From an uncultured bacterium (GTDB lineage Bacteria; Bacillota; Clostridia; Christensenellales; CAG-917), in NCBI GenBank assembly GCA_949432885.1, contig CASQXY010000001.1, positions 46,793-110,792 on the forward strand: a stretch of 64,000 bases of DNA. The letters are read 5' to 3'. The notes under the pieces are model-generated. The model made no database searches. It had not been told where the DNA came from and was given only the letters and a program-made list of their open reading frames with translations. Within the stretch, counting starts at the first letter, position 1, and each line of letters starts with the position of its first letter. Both the position numbers and the translations under genes were made by a program. Below are positions 39,533 through 48,819 of this stretch, piece after piece.

Positions 39533-40453
39533 TCACTTTATCATCTCGTTTATTCTTGCGAGCACGTCGGCGTAGACCTCGGCGTTGTTTATCTCGTTGA
39601 GGATTTCGTGGCGCGCGTCGGGATAGAGCTTCATCGTCACGTCCTTAACGCCGAGATTTGCGTACTGCTCGTACAGCTTTTTCACAAGCTTCCCGTTGCC
39701 GCCGACAGGATCCTTATCACCCGAGAAAATGCCGATAGGCTTGGATTTGTCTATCTTTGCGAGATTTTCGGGTTTGTAGGAGGTTTTCAACCCCGCAAAG
39801 AACCATTTGAAAAACGCCGTAGACATAACCCAGCCGCACTGCTCGTCGAGTATGTATTTCTTGACCTGCTCTCTGTCGCGGGAAAGCCAAGCGTAAGGCA
39901 GTTTTTCCTTTTTGAAAGGCTTGTTGTAAGATCCGAAGGACAGATTGTTGGCAAGGTTGCCCGCCTTCTCTCCTCCGCACAGCTTATACTGCATTCCGAT
40001 AATAGCGCAGCCCGTGTTCAAAAGCGCGCCCTTCATCATAGCCGAGCCGCTCAATATAATGCCCGTATGCTCGGCGCACTCCTCGATATATCTCTGCCCC
40101 ACCATACTGCCATAGCTGTGTCCGAAATACACGACGGGCAGATTGTAGGTCTTTTTCAGATAAGCGGTTATAGCGACCTCGTCCCTGACCGTATCCATAT
40201 AAATCTCGCCCTTGTGATAACCCTTTACGCCCTTTGCAGACTGCTTGCTGCTCGTCATGCCGTGCGCGCGATGGTCGTCGGCGAATACAATATAGCCGTT
40301 TTTGTTGAGATAGTTTGCAAAATTGTCGTAACGGCGCGCATGCTCCGCCATGCCGTGCGAAATCTGCACGACCCCCTTTGGATTCCTTACGTCATCCCAG
40401 ACGTAGCATTGCAAAACGGTGCCGTCAAAACTTTGAAATTTCTCGTTTTTCAT
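39533..40453 (-). CDS. Alpha/beta hydrolase (lysophospholipase / monoacylglycerol-lipase-like)
   Basis: HGMAEH, DHRAHG, GHSYG nucleophile elbow, DPV and RHEILNE motifs. Confidence 0.9.
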   Translation of the reverse strand: MKNEKFQSFDGTVLQCYVWDDVRNPKGVVQISHGMAEHARRYDNFANYLNKNGYIVFADDHRAHGMTSSKQSAKGVKGYHKGEIYMDTVRDEVAITAYLKKTYNLPVVYFGHSYGSMVGQRYIEECAEHTGIILSGSAMMKGALLNTGCAIIGMQYKLCGGEKAGNLANNLSFGSYNKPFKKEKLPYAWLSRDREQVKKYILDEQCGWVMSTAFFKWFFAGLKTSYKPENLAKIDKSKPIGIFSGDKDPVGGNGKLVKKLYEQYANLGVKDVTMKLYPDARHEILNEINNAEVYADVLARINEMIK

Positions 40454-40581
40454 ATTAACCCCCGAATCCGAAATGTTGCGCTTACGCGCGTATTATCAAT
40501 ATAATGAAATCTTAACATAAGGTTTCGCAAATTTCAAGACCGAAATAATCACTTTTGCGCGTGAAAACATTTGTTTTGAAA

Positions 40582-40608
40582 ACTTTTTGAGGGCTAAGGC
40601 ATACTATA
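40582..40608 (+). promoter_or_regulatory. SigK/SigE-like promoter of the murG operon
   Basis: AC-16 nt-CATACTATA. Confidence 0.45.
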
Positions 40609-40634
40609 AGCACAAAAACATACGAGGTGAACAG

Positions 40635-41795
40635 ATGTCCGAGTCTTCCGATAATAAGAAAAAACAAAACCAAGTCATAGTTTTTACGGGAGGAGGCACA
40701 GGCGGTCATATCTATCCGAATCTCGCTCTCATCCCCGAGTTTGAAAGACGTGGATACAAAGCGGAATATATAGGCGGCGAAGGCATGCCTATGGAAAGAA
40801 AACTCGCTTCCAAAAACAAAGTGAAATATCACGGCGTTCCCGTAATTAAGCTGATACGCTCCTTTTCCCCGTCGGCGATTGCCAACAATCTCAAAATCCC
40901 GTTCGCTCTCAGACGCGCGGTCAACGAGGCGAAGGCTCTTCTTTCAAAAATCAAGCCCTCCGCCGTCTTTTCAAAGGGCGGATTCGTATCCCTGCCCGTC
41001 GTTATTGCCGCAAGCAAACTGGGCATTCCTACGTTCGCGCACGAGTCCGACCTTACGCTCGGGCTCGCCAACAAACTCGCAAAAAAATACGGAGCGACTC
41101 TGCTCAAAGCAAATCCGCATTCCGAATTCGAGGGCGTCACAGTCGGCATGCCGCTGCGCGAAAGCCTTTTCTTATCCAACAAGACGGAAGCGCGAAAAAA
41201 TTTGGGAATATCGACGTCGAAAAGAGTCCTGCTCGTCTTGGGCGGTTCATCGGGCGCGCAGTATCTGAACGAGCAAGTGGAAAAGCTGCTCCCGAAGCTC
41301 ACGGAAAAGTTCTTCGTGCTCCACGTATGCGGACGGGGAGCGTTTCCTTCTTCGTGCAACGGCGCGAAAACAAGCACTACGCCAAAAAATTCCCCAAATT
41401 ATCTGCGCTTCGATTATGCGGACAATATCGCGGATTTTTATGCCGCTTGCGACGTCGTAATTTCACGCGCGGGAGCAACCGCCGTTTACGAAATATCCGC
41501 CTTGAAAAAGCGAGCGGTATTCGTCCCTCTTCCCAAAGGAGTCTCACGCGGAGACCAAATTTACAACGCAAATCTGGCGGAAGAATACGGGGCTTTTACA
41601 CTATGCCAAAACGAGAGTTTTTCGGACAACTTTTTACCCGCGATAGAAAAAGCGTTGCAAAATCCGCCAATGCGCTCTCTTAGTTCCGACGCCAACGGAA
41701 AAATTGCTGATATCGTTTGTGATAGCATAAGTCGAGGTGAAAAATGCAAAGACAAAAAACTATCGCAAAATGGCTCGCAATTATCCTGCTCCTGA
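40635..41795 (+). CDS. murG: Undecaprenyl-PP-MurNAc-pentapeptide GlcNAc transferase
   Basis: GGGTGGHIYP, KGGFVS.P, HESD..GLAN, GGSSGA, SRAGA and RGDQ..NA motifs; SD GAGGTG. Confidence 0.93.
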   Translation: MSESSDNKKKQNQVIVFTGGGTGGHIYPNLALIPEFERRGYKAEYIGGEGMPMERKLASKNKVKYHGVPVIKLIRSFSPSAIANNLKIPFALRRAVNEAKALLSKIKPSAVFSKGGFVSLPVVIAASKLGIPTFAHESDLTLGLANKLAKKYGATLLKANPHSEFEGVTVGMPLRESLFLSNKTEARKNLGISTSKRVLLVLGGSSGAQYLNEQVEKLLPKLTEKFFVLHVCGRGAFPSSCNGAKTSTTPKNSPNYLRFDYADNIADFYAACDVVISRAGATAVYEISALKKRAVFVPLPKGVSRGDQIYNANLAEEYGAFTLCQNESFSDNFLPAIEKALQNPPMRSLSSDANGKIADIVCDSISRGEKCKDKKLSQNGSQLSCS

Positions 41796-43123
41796 CCGCA
41801 ATAGTAGCCGCGTATCTCGCGCTTAATGCGGTTTTGGGCAAAAACAACGGCGCTCCGTCGCCGGATATCGCAGGCGCAGGCGACGGAGGCGGCACGACCG
41901 ACGTCATCTCTCCTCCGCCCGTAAAAGAACCCGTGTACAGTTCCTTTCCAAGACAAGGCGAAACGGTGGACGGACTGACCGTAAGCCACGTCGGCGGAGA
42001 CTGCGCCGAAGCGTTTTTGGACTCAGTCTACTACGAGGGAAAACGTTTGATTATCTTTTCCAGCGAATCCGAACAATACGACGTGAGGTCGAAAGGCATA
42101 CATATGGCGATATTCGACGGACACTCGCTTTGCGCCGTAAACAAAATCGCGGAAGCTGACGAAGAATACGTAAGATGCGGTCTCGTACAGAACGGACTGC
42201 TGATAATCTCCAAAACCGCAAGCATTACGATACTGAGATTGTACGACGGAAATTGCAGGCTCATTGCGGAAAACTCCTGCGACGCATATTCATCGTATAT
42301 GCTGTTCCAATCCGGCGCAGCTGTAACGCTGTTTGCGGCGAGTGCCGATAAGCTTGTCGCAATGACAATAACCAAAGCATTGGACGTCGTTCGCAAAAAC
42401 TACTTGCATTCTATTGAAAACGCCGAACTTCTATATGCGATTTCTCTTTCCGAAACCATGCTTATCGTGCAAAACCAAAGCGGCATAAAATTGATATCTT
42501 ATAACGCAAACGAGGGGTTCAGCCTCAAAAGTGAGATATTAAACTGCCGATTTGTGCAACTTCTGCCCTCCGTTTCTGGCGCAGACAGAAACTTTGTGAT
42601 TGCAGCTGAAAACGACGAAGGCATTCTGCTTACGAATATAGACGGCGCGACCGCAAAGTCCGACTACTCCTTCCTTATAGAGGGCGCGAACAGCGTAGCT
42701 TGTGTTACTCGCGGAAATAATATATTCGCAATCGCAGGGAAAACCGCGTACAAATTCTGCTCTCATCTTGAATTGCAGGACGAATACGAGATTACGTTTG
42801 CCAACGGAAATTATGACATGCCGTTCGACATCACCGGCGAAGACATAATTTACGCCGCAGTCAACGGAGAAAACGAACTGTTCTTTGTGCAAAATGCTGC
42901 GAAATTCGCGCTTGTGCGCTTCGACGGCGAAACCGTACGCACTGTATTCTCCGCCGCAGGCACCGAAGCGACGCTCGTACGCGAACCGCTCGGCAACGGC
43001 GAACGCGGAATCTCTATGCTGTTCGAGGGTACTGCGGCGAACGATTTTGCCTATATGTGCTTCGGAGAAGCGGACTTGTTTTATACTACACTGTCATCAG
43101 AGTTGACAAACGCGCTCAAATAA
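41744..43123 (+). CDS. Hypothetical membrane-anchored extracytoplasmic protein, probably beta-rich
   Basis: SD GAGGTG; N-terminal TM helix; G/P-rich linker; 459-aa open frame overlapping the murG end. Confidence 0.75.
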   Translation: MQRQKTIAKWLAIILLLTAIVAAYLALNAVLGKNNGAPSPDIAGAGDGGGTTDVISPPPVKEPVYSSFPRQGETVDGLTVSHVGGDCAEAFLDSVYYEGKRLIIFSSESEQYDVRSKGIHMAIFDGHSLCAVNKIAEADEEYVRCGLVQNGLLIISKTASITILRLYDGNCRLIAENSCDAYSSYMLFQSGAAVTLFAASADKLVAMTITKALDVVRKNYLHSIENAELLYAISLSETMLIVQNQSGIKLISYNANEGFSLKSEILNCRFVQLLPSVSGADRNFVIAAENDEGILLTNIDGATAKSDYSFLIEGANSVACVTRGNNIFAIAGKTAYKFCSHLELQDEYEITFANGNYDMPFDITGEDIIYAAVNGENELFFVQNAAKFALVRFDGETVRTVFSAAGTEATLVREPLGNGERGISMLFEGTAANDFAYMCFGEADLFYTTLSSELTNALK

Positions 43124-43161
43124 TGTATATTGTTACATAGTATATAATACGAGCAAAGCAA

Positions 43162-43581
43162 ATGAAAAACAGCGACAGACATATTCCGAAAGGAGTACAA
43201 CCGTATAAAAATATGAATACCCGAAAAGGCGTGCTTATTTGCGGTCTTATAATTACGATAATATCGTTTATACTCATGCTGACCGCGGTGCTTCTCCTAT
43301 TTGTCCCGGGAGTCAAAATGGCAGGCGGCGAATCCCCCGCTCTGATACTTTCTTTGATTTTAGGATTTGCGGTCGCGTTGAGCTTTTTGGGCACGGTGCT
43401 GGCGGTCGCAGGCGCCAACGTGAAAAAGTGCACTGCTCGCTTGGCGATGTTTTTAGGGATTACTGCGTTTGTCCTCGGGGCTGCGATGCTTACGGTCGTG
43501 ACGCTGTTCAGGACGATATTGCCGCTCGAAGCTCTTCGCAGGCTTGCAGAAGGCTCGGCAAACGCATTCATTCTGTTTTAA
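43162..43581 (+). CDS. Small integral membrane protein (about 3 TM helices)
   Basis: Hydrophobic segments; followed by a terminator; start uncertain. Confidence 0.7.
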   Translation: MKNSDRHIPKGVQPYKNMNTRKGVLICGLIITIISFILMLTAVLLLFVPGVKMAGGESPALILSLILGFAVALSFLGTVLAVAGANVKKCTARLAMFLGITAFVLGAAMLTVVTLFRTILPLEALRRLAEGSANAFILF

Positions 43582-43602
43582 CGGATACATGTTTATTACT
43601 TG

Positions 43603-43641
43603 CAAACAAAAATTCCGCTTCTACGGCGGAATTTTTGTTTG
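43603..43641. terminator. Bidirectional terminator
   Basis: CAAACAAAAATTCCGC-ttctacg-GCGGAATTTTTGTTTG between convergent genes. Confidence 0.85.
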
Positions 43642-43713
43642 TTTTGTTTATATTATTCCAACGCTATTTCATGAAAGCGGTAAATTCAAAATCGATATAC
43701 CCTCTCCTGCCAG

Positions 43714-44574
43714 TTACGCCTTTTTCGTATATACGAGACCTACTGTGCTGGGACCCGCATGCACTCCGATGACGGGACCAATCGGCTGTCTCCAAATCGG
43801 CGCGTTTGGATACGCCTCTTTGACGCGATTCTCTATCTCGTCCGCAACTTCTTTATTGTCGGCGTCGATAATCATTATCGGCGAATCGTCTATTTGCTCA
43901 TAGCTATTTTTCATTTCGTCGATTATATAATTATACGCTTTTTTGAGTCCGTTCTGCTTAGAACCGACGTCGATAACCCCGTCCTTGACCACCAACACGG
44001 GTTTTATGTTCATCAGATTTGCAATCTTCGCCTTTGCGGGGGAAATTCTGCCTCCACGCGCGAGGTATTTCATATTTTCGACTACAAAACGTACGTTTAC
44101 TCTATTCTTGACGCTTTCGAGATAATCGTACGCGGCGTCGATATCGTCGCCGTGTTCTCTGCAATATTTAGCGCCGAGATACACGAGCATGCCCGCGCCG
44201 ACGCATATGCTGAGAGTGTCAAAACGGCGATATTTCACGTTGGGATACTCTTTCTGCAATCTCGCAATCGCAAGCCCGAGCGACTCGAAAGTGTTAGACA
44301 TTTTTGAAGAAAACGCTATATACAAAATGTCGTCGCCCTTTTCAAAAAACGGTTTGAACGTATCGTAATAGATTTCCTCGTTCAATCCTGCGGTGGTGGC
44401 GCTTGCGCCCGCTCTCATACGGTCGTAAAACTTCTTCGGGTCAAATTCCTCACCCAAATCGCTCAGCCCCTCTTCGCCGTCGATAATGTACGGCATGCGT
44501 ATTACTTCAAGTTTAAGTTCGTTCGCCTTGGTATACCAAAGCTCGCAATCGGTATCGCAAAAAATAGTTGCCAT
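43714..44574 (-). CDS. DegV / FakB fatty-acid-binding protein
   Basis: DT.CEL, FSSKMS.T, YL.RGGRIS, IKPVL and IGVHAGP motifs. SD GGAGG; promoter TTGACA-17-TAAAAT upstream. Confidence 0.93.
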   Translation of the reverse strand: MATIFCDTDCELWYTKANELKLEVIRMPYIIDGEEGLSDLGEEFDPKKFYDRMRAGASATTAGLNEEIYYDTFKPFFEKGDDILYIAFSSKMSNTFESLGLAIARLQKEYPNVKYRRFDTLSICVGAGMLVYLGAKYCREHGDDIDAAYDYLESVKNRVNVRFVVENMKYLARGGRISPAKAKIANLMNIKPVLVVKDGVIDVGSKQNGLKKAYNYIIDEMKNSYEQIDDSPIMIIDADNKEVADEIENRVKEAYPNAPIWRQPIGPVIGVHAGPSTVGLVYTKKA

Positions 44575-44832
44575 AATGCCTCCATAAAAGAATTTTGCTA
44601 GCAATATTTTAATATAGCGCCGCATTTTTGTCAACAGCGCGGCGGATATACGGATTATGCGTAATTCTGAGTCCGTTACAATCCGCCGCACAGTACGATA
44701 CACACGCTTTATCCGAGTATGCATTTGCCGTTTCAGCTCCCCGAAGAAATGCTCAAACCCAGTCTAAAATTACCTTTACGTTTAATATTACTTTAACTAT
44801 AAGGCAATAATATGCTGATAAACGAGGTAATT

Positions 44833-45969
44833 ATGGACGATTTCAACAACTTTTTCGATGACCAACGGCAACCAGAGCCGAGCAAAACTCCGATATATCA
44901 CACCCCCGAGCCGAAAAACAACGGTTCCAAGAGGAATCTGACCGCAATCATTTGCATTATCGTTGCGGTAATTATGTGCGTGCTTGTCGTCGTAAACGTC
45001 ATAGTGCTCTCCACTCTCAAAAACAAAATCGCCGCGGAATACGCGTCTTCCGTCGCGGCGCAGATGAAGAGCCAGTATGAACAAGCTATCAACAGCACTC
45101 TGTCAGATACGGGTATCGTAGCCGACGTAACGGAGGCAGCAACGCGCCAGACCATAGACGCCATAAACAGCACCGTAGGCGAAGTCGCAAATAAAAACGC
45201 TCGCAGCGTCGCAAGACTCTATATGTTTGAATCCGCAAATGCAAGACCGTCTACGACGGAGCCCTCGGGACTTGCAACCGCGTTTCTTATCAGCGATACC
45301 GACGCCGACGGAAATAAGGAACGTTATCTGCTTACAAACGCGCACTGCATAAGATACGTAAAATCCACCGTCTCGGGCGGAGGATTCTGGTCGGATATAA
45401 AATATTCCTACGAATGGGCAAGCTACGGCACTATCGTATGCGTGTTTGAGGGTGAAAACAACTACTACTCTGCCGAAATCGTATCTTACGGGGCGTACAA
45501 CGATAAAAATCTGAGAGCGGAAAACGACCAACCCGACCTTGCGATTCTGCGCATCAAAGGCGCTCAGCCTTCAAACGAAAACCATCCGTCGCTCCCGCTT
45601 GCAACAAGCGATAACGGAATTACTCGCGGTACTCCCGTCGCGCTTATAGGTAACCCCGAGGGCGTAGGAGATACAAACAGTATCACAAGCGGCACGATTT
45701 CGCAGACGGGTATCACTATTACAAGCTGGGGTACGGGCACATTTATCATGACGGACGCGGCAGTCAACGGCGGCAACTCGGGCGGTCCGATGCTCAACAA
45801 CAGAGGTATCGTAATAGGCGTAGTGGAAAGCAAACTCGTCAGCGACGATATTGACAATATGGGGTTTGCAATTTCCGCCGCAACCGTGTATAATTTCATC
45901 GAATGGGCGCAACGGGCGGCAAACAACTCTCTGCGCGCCGACATCGTCATAAACTGCAAGTACGTATAA
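44833..45969 (+). CDS. Membrane-anchored trypsin-like (HtrA-type) serine protease without a PDZ domain
   Basis: TM helix; catalytic triad motifs TNAHC, DLAIL and GNSGGP; SD GAGGT. Confidence 0.9.
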   Translation: MDDFNNFFDDQRQPEPSKTPIYHTPEPKNNGSKRNLTAIICIIVAVIMCVLVVVNVIVLSTLKNKIAAEYASSVAAQMKSQYEQAINSTLSDTGIVADVTEAATRQTIDAINSTVGEVANKNARSVARLYMFESANARPSTTEPSGLATAFLISDTDADGNKERYLLTNAHCIRYVKSTVSGGGFWSDIKYSYEWASYGTIVCVFEGENNYYSAEIVSYGAYNDKNLRAENDQPDLAILRIKGAQPSNENHPSLPLATSDNGITRGTPVALIGNPEGVGDTNSITSGTISQTGITITSWGTGTFIMTDAAVNGGNSGGPMLNNRGIVIGVVESKLVSDDIDNMGFAISAATVYNFIEWAQRAANNSLRADIVINCKYV

Positions 45970-46037
45970 TCGATTTACCCGCTTTATGCGTGTAAATATG
46001 AATCGGTCATTTTATTATCCTCCCCATCGACCGATTC

Positions 46038-46065
46038 AAAAGGCACTCGTTAGAGTGCCTTTTTT
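46038..46065. terminator. Bidirectional terminator
   Basis: AAAAGGCACTC-gtta-GAGTGCCTTTT. Confidence 0.85.
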
Positions 46066-46154
46066 GTTTGAAAACTGATTTAATTCCGATTGCATTTTAC
46101 AATAAATCAAGGAAGCATCTTGCCAAGCGCCAATCCCCTACCGCTCGCCTTACG

Positions 46155-46586
46155 TCAATAAGTGCGCGCGATTGTCAGTATTTTATAATGTCCGCACATA
46201 ATTACCGTATCGTATCTGTACACATTCCAATTAGCAAGCTCGTTGGACGATACGTACTCCTTACACTTGCTCTCCACCCAAGCGGCGGATTTGCTGTCGC
46301 GCACAAAGAAGATATACAGGCTCTCTTCAACCTCCGCATCTTCCTCGCCTACTCTGTCGACGACAATCATCTTTGCAAGCAAAATATCGTCGACGCTATA
46401 TCCCGACTGCCCCTCGACTGTCATAGGCGACGTACGCAGAGTTTCAATCTGCGCTCCCGCTTTTGTAAGTCTATCCTTTATACTGTTCTCTTTCATGGAA
46501 ATTTTCAAACACGCAGTGAGTGAAAGCGCCGCAATAATAAGCACTAGCGCACAGCATATAAAAGTTAGCGTCCTTTTTGTTCTCAT
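46155..46586 (-). CDS. Hypothetical lipoprotein
   Basis: Signal peptide with lipobox LTAC; 143 aa. Confidence 0.75.
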   Translation of the reverse strand: MRTKRTLTFICCALVLIIAALSLTACLKISMKENSIKDRLTKAGAQIETLRTSPMTVEGQSGYSVDDILLAKMIVVDRVGEEDAEVEESLYIFFVRDSKSAAWVESKCKEYVSSNELANWNVYRYDTVIMCGHYKILTIARTY

Positions 46587-46621
46587 ACGATTATAATATC
46601 ATCTTATTTTAAGTCTGTAAA
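46587..46621 (-). promoter_or_regulatory. SigA-like promoter abutting the lipoprotein start (putative leaderless)
   Basis: TTTACA-17 nt-TATTAT (with extended TG)-6 nt-ATG, no SD. Confidence 0.6.
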
Positions 46622-46671
46622 TAGCAATTTAAAAGTCGGACGCGCTCTTGTATTATACCATTTTTTGCCAC

Positions 46672-46700
46672 GCATATACCGCCCGTATACGCTCACAATA
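46672..46700 (+). promoter_or_regulatory. SigG-like promoter
   Basis: GCATA-17 nt-CACAATA upstream of SD AGGAGG. Confidence 0.5.
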
Positions 46701-46718
46701 ATAACAGGAGGCAACGAT

Positions 46719-46853
46719 ATGAAAAATTCACTTATTTTCGGCACTATGCTCGGAATTGTCACTGCCACAGCACTTTATTGCAGTACGTCACACAATTCAA
46801 TCAAGAAAGCAAAACGTGCCCTCGTGAACAAGATAGAAGACGTTTTAATGTAA
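46719..46853 (+). CDS. 44-aa small protein (hydrophobic N terminus, basic C terminus), possibly spore-associated
   Basis: Perfect SD AGGAGG; MKNSLIFGTMLGIVTATALY...KKAKRALVNKIEDVLM; followed by a strong hairpin. Confidence 0.8.
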   Translation: MKNSLIFGTMLGIVTATALYCSTSHNSIKKAKRALVNKIEDVLM

Positions 46854-46884
46854 TCGTAATCTAAGTTCATTGATCCTCTAATAA

Positions 46885-46929
46885 CACAAATCGTGTATCA
46901 GGCTTGTTAAAGTTGATACACGATTTGTG
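46885..46929 (+). terminator. Long hairpin / terminator
   Basis: CACAAATCGTGTATCA ... TGATACACGATTTGTG, a 16-bp stem. Confidence 0.7.
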
Positions 46930-47133
46930 CTTTAGCCTGAAAGTTGCTCGCTCTCAGACGAAAAAGTTTAATATCTCATATCGTTGATTTATTATAAAAT
47001 AAATCATTTATACACCATAAATTCTATTTTTCAATTATCTTTTTATACAAACAGCAAAATCGAGTTGCATTCATTAAAAACGAAATAAATCTAATCAAAT
47101 CGCATAATGACACGTATCGTGTTTTATATCGGT

Positions 47134-47167
47134 AAAATATAACCGCGCAAAAGCACGGTTATATTTT
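47134..47167 (-). terminator. Intrinsic terminator after iscU
   Basis: AAAATATAACCG ... CGGTTATATTTT. Confidence 0.75.
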
Positions 47168-47178
47168 CAAATTACTAT

Positions 47179-47553
47179 TTAATTTGCTTTGCTCTTCCTA
47201 TACTCGTCTATTGCAACGCGAATTGCGTCTTCGGCAAGCACGGAACAGTGAATCTTCTGAGGCGGCAGACCTTCGAGTTCGGTCACAACCTCCTTGTTTG
47301 TGAGCTTCAACGCTTCGTCCACAGACTTGCCTATAATCATGCCCGTAGCCGTAGAGCTTGTGGCGACAGCCGCCGCGCAGCCGAAAGTCTTGAACTTTGC
47401 GTCCTCGATTATTCCTTCGTCGTTTATGCGCATTGTTATCTGCATGATATCTCCGCAGGTCTCGTTGCCCACCGTGCCTATTGCATTATAGTTTTCGACT
47501 TCGCCCATATGCTGAGGGTTCCTGAAAACTTCCATAACCTTTTCGTTGTACAT
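47179..47553 (-). CDS. iscU: Fe-S cluster scaffold IscU/NifU
   Basis: CGD, FKTFGC and LPPQKIHCSVLA motifs. Confidence 0.96.
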   Translation of the reverse strand: MYNEKVMEVFRNPQHMGEVENYNAIGTVGNETCGDIMQITMRINDEGIIEDAKFKTFGCAAAVATSSTATGMIIGKSVDEALKLTNKEVVTELEGLPPQKIHCSVLAEDAIRVAIDEYRKSKAN

Positions 47554-47629
47554 ATATTCTCCTTGGCGTTTGCACGCGCAAATTTAAAATTTATTTTGTA
47601 AGCAAAATCTCTTCGGACTTCTTAACAGT

Positions 47630-48796
47630 CTATTTCTTATACAGCGGAGACATTGCGCGAAGCTTCTCCACCGTACGGACAAGCTCGTCCACCGTATAGT
47701 CGACATCCTCTTGCGTGTTGCGTTTGCCGAACGTAAATCTGATTGAACCGTGCGCGGTTCCGATAGGTACGCCTATCGAAAGAAGCGTCCTGGACGGCTC
47801 CAACGAACCAGAGGAACATGCAGAACCCGAAGACGCGCTTATTCCAGCCAAATCGAGAGAGAACAGAATGGATTCGCCTTCGATATAGCGGAAACTGAAA
47901 TTGGCGTTGTTGTACAGCCTTTTTGAACTGTCCTTTGCTCCGTTATAATATATATCGTCTATTCGCGCAAGCACTTTTTTGACGAAATCGTCCCGCAAAC
48001 CGCCGACGTATGCCGCGTCCTTTTCTATATTATCCACTGCCTCTTTCAGCGCGACAGCCATTCCGACCGCACCCGGCACATTTGTTGTGCCGCCTCTATG
48101 CGCTCGCTCCTGCTCTCCGCCAGTAAGCAGTTTTTCTATACGCATCCCGTTGCGCGCGTACAGCGCGCCCATACCTTTGGGTCCGTAAAACTTGTGCGCG
48201 GACATAGACAGCATATCCACGCCCAAATCCTTAACGTCGTATCTTATCGCGCCGGTAGCCTGCACCGCGTCCGTATGGAACAGCACTCCGTGCTTATGCG
48301 CAACCTCGCAAAGCTCTTTTATGGGCTGAATCGTGCCTATTTCATTGTTTGCAAACATTACGCTGACAAGAACGGTATCAGGCCGTATGGCATTTTCAAG
48401 AGCTTGGACGGAGACAAAGCCCTCGCCGTCAACAGGCAGATAGGTGACTTCATATCCGAATTTTTCAAGCTGTTTACAAGTCGTATATATGGCTGGATGC
48501 TCTATAACGGAAGTTATTATGTGCTTTCCTTTGTCTTTGAGCTGAGCCGCAATACCCTTCAAAGCCCAATTATCCGCTTCCGTTCCGCAGGAAGTGAAAT
48601 ATATCTCGCTAGGTTTCGCGCCAATACATTCCGCGATAGTCTGCCGCGCTTCCGAAACGGCTTTCGCGCCGTCGCGTCCGTACATGTGCTGAGAATTTGC
48701 ATTTCCGAATATATCCGAAAAATAAGGCTTCATTGCCTCGAACGCTTTTTCGGACAACGGCGTCGTCGCCGCATGGTCAAGATATATATTCTTCAT
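47630..48796 (-). CDS. iscS: Cysteine desulfurase
   Basis: YLDHAATTP, NNEIGT, HTDAVQ, SAHKFYGPKG and SSGSACSS motifs. Confidence 0.96.
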   Translation of the reverse strand: MKNIYLDHAATTPLSEKAFEAMKPYFSDIFGNANSQHMYGRDGAKAVSEARQTIAECIGAKPSEIYFTSCGTEADNWALKGIAAQLKDKGKHIITSVIEHPAIYTTCKQLEKFGYEVTYLPVDGEGFVSVQALENAIRPDTVLVSVMFANNEIGTIQPIKELCEVAHKHGVLFHTDAVQATGAIRYDVKDLGVDMLSMSAHKFYGPKGMGALYARNGMRIEKLLTGGEQERAHRGGTTNVPGAVGMAVALKEAVDNIEKDAAYVGGLRDDFVKKVLARIDDIYYNGAKDSSKRLYNNANFSFRYIEGESILFSLDLAGISASSGSACSSGSLEPSRTLLSIGVPIGTAHGSIRFTFGKRNTQEDVDYTVDELVRTVEKLRAMSPLYKK

Positions 48797-48819
48797 TGTG
48801 CGCCTCATATGTAAAATGC

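Noticed and set aside
46930-47130. AT-rich gap as a replication origin or CRISPR leader
   Set aside because: No DnaA-box cluster, no repeat-spacer array and no cas genes.
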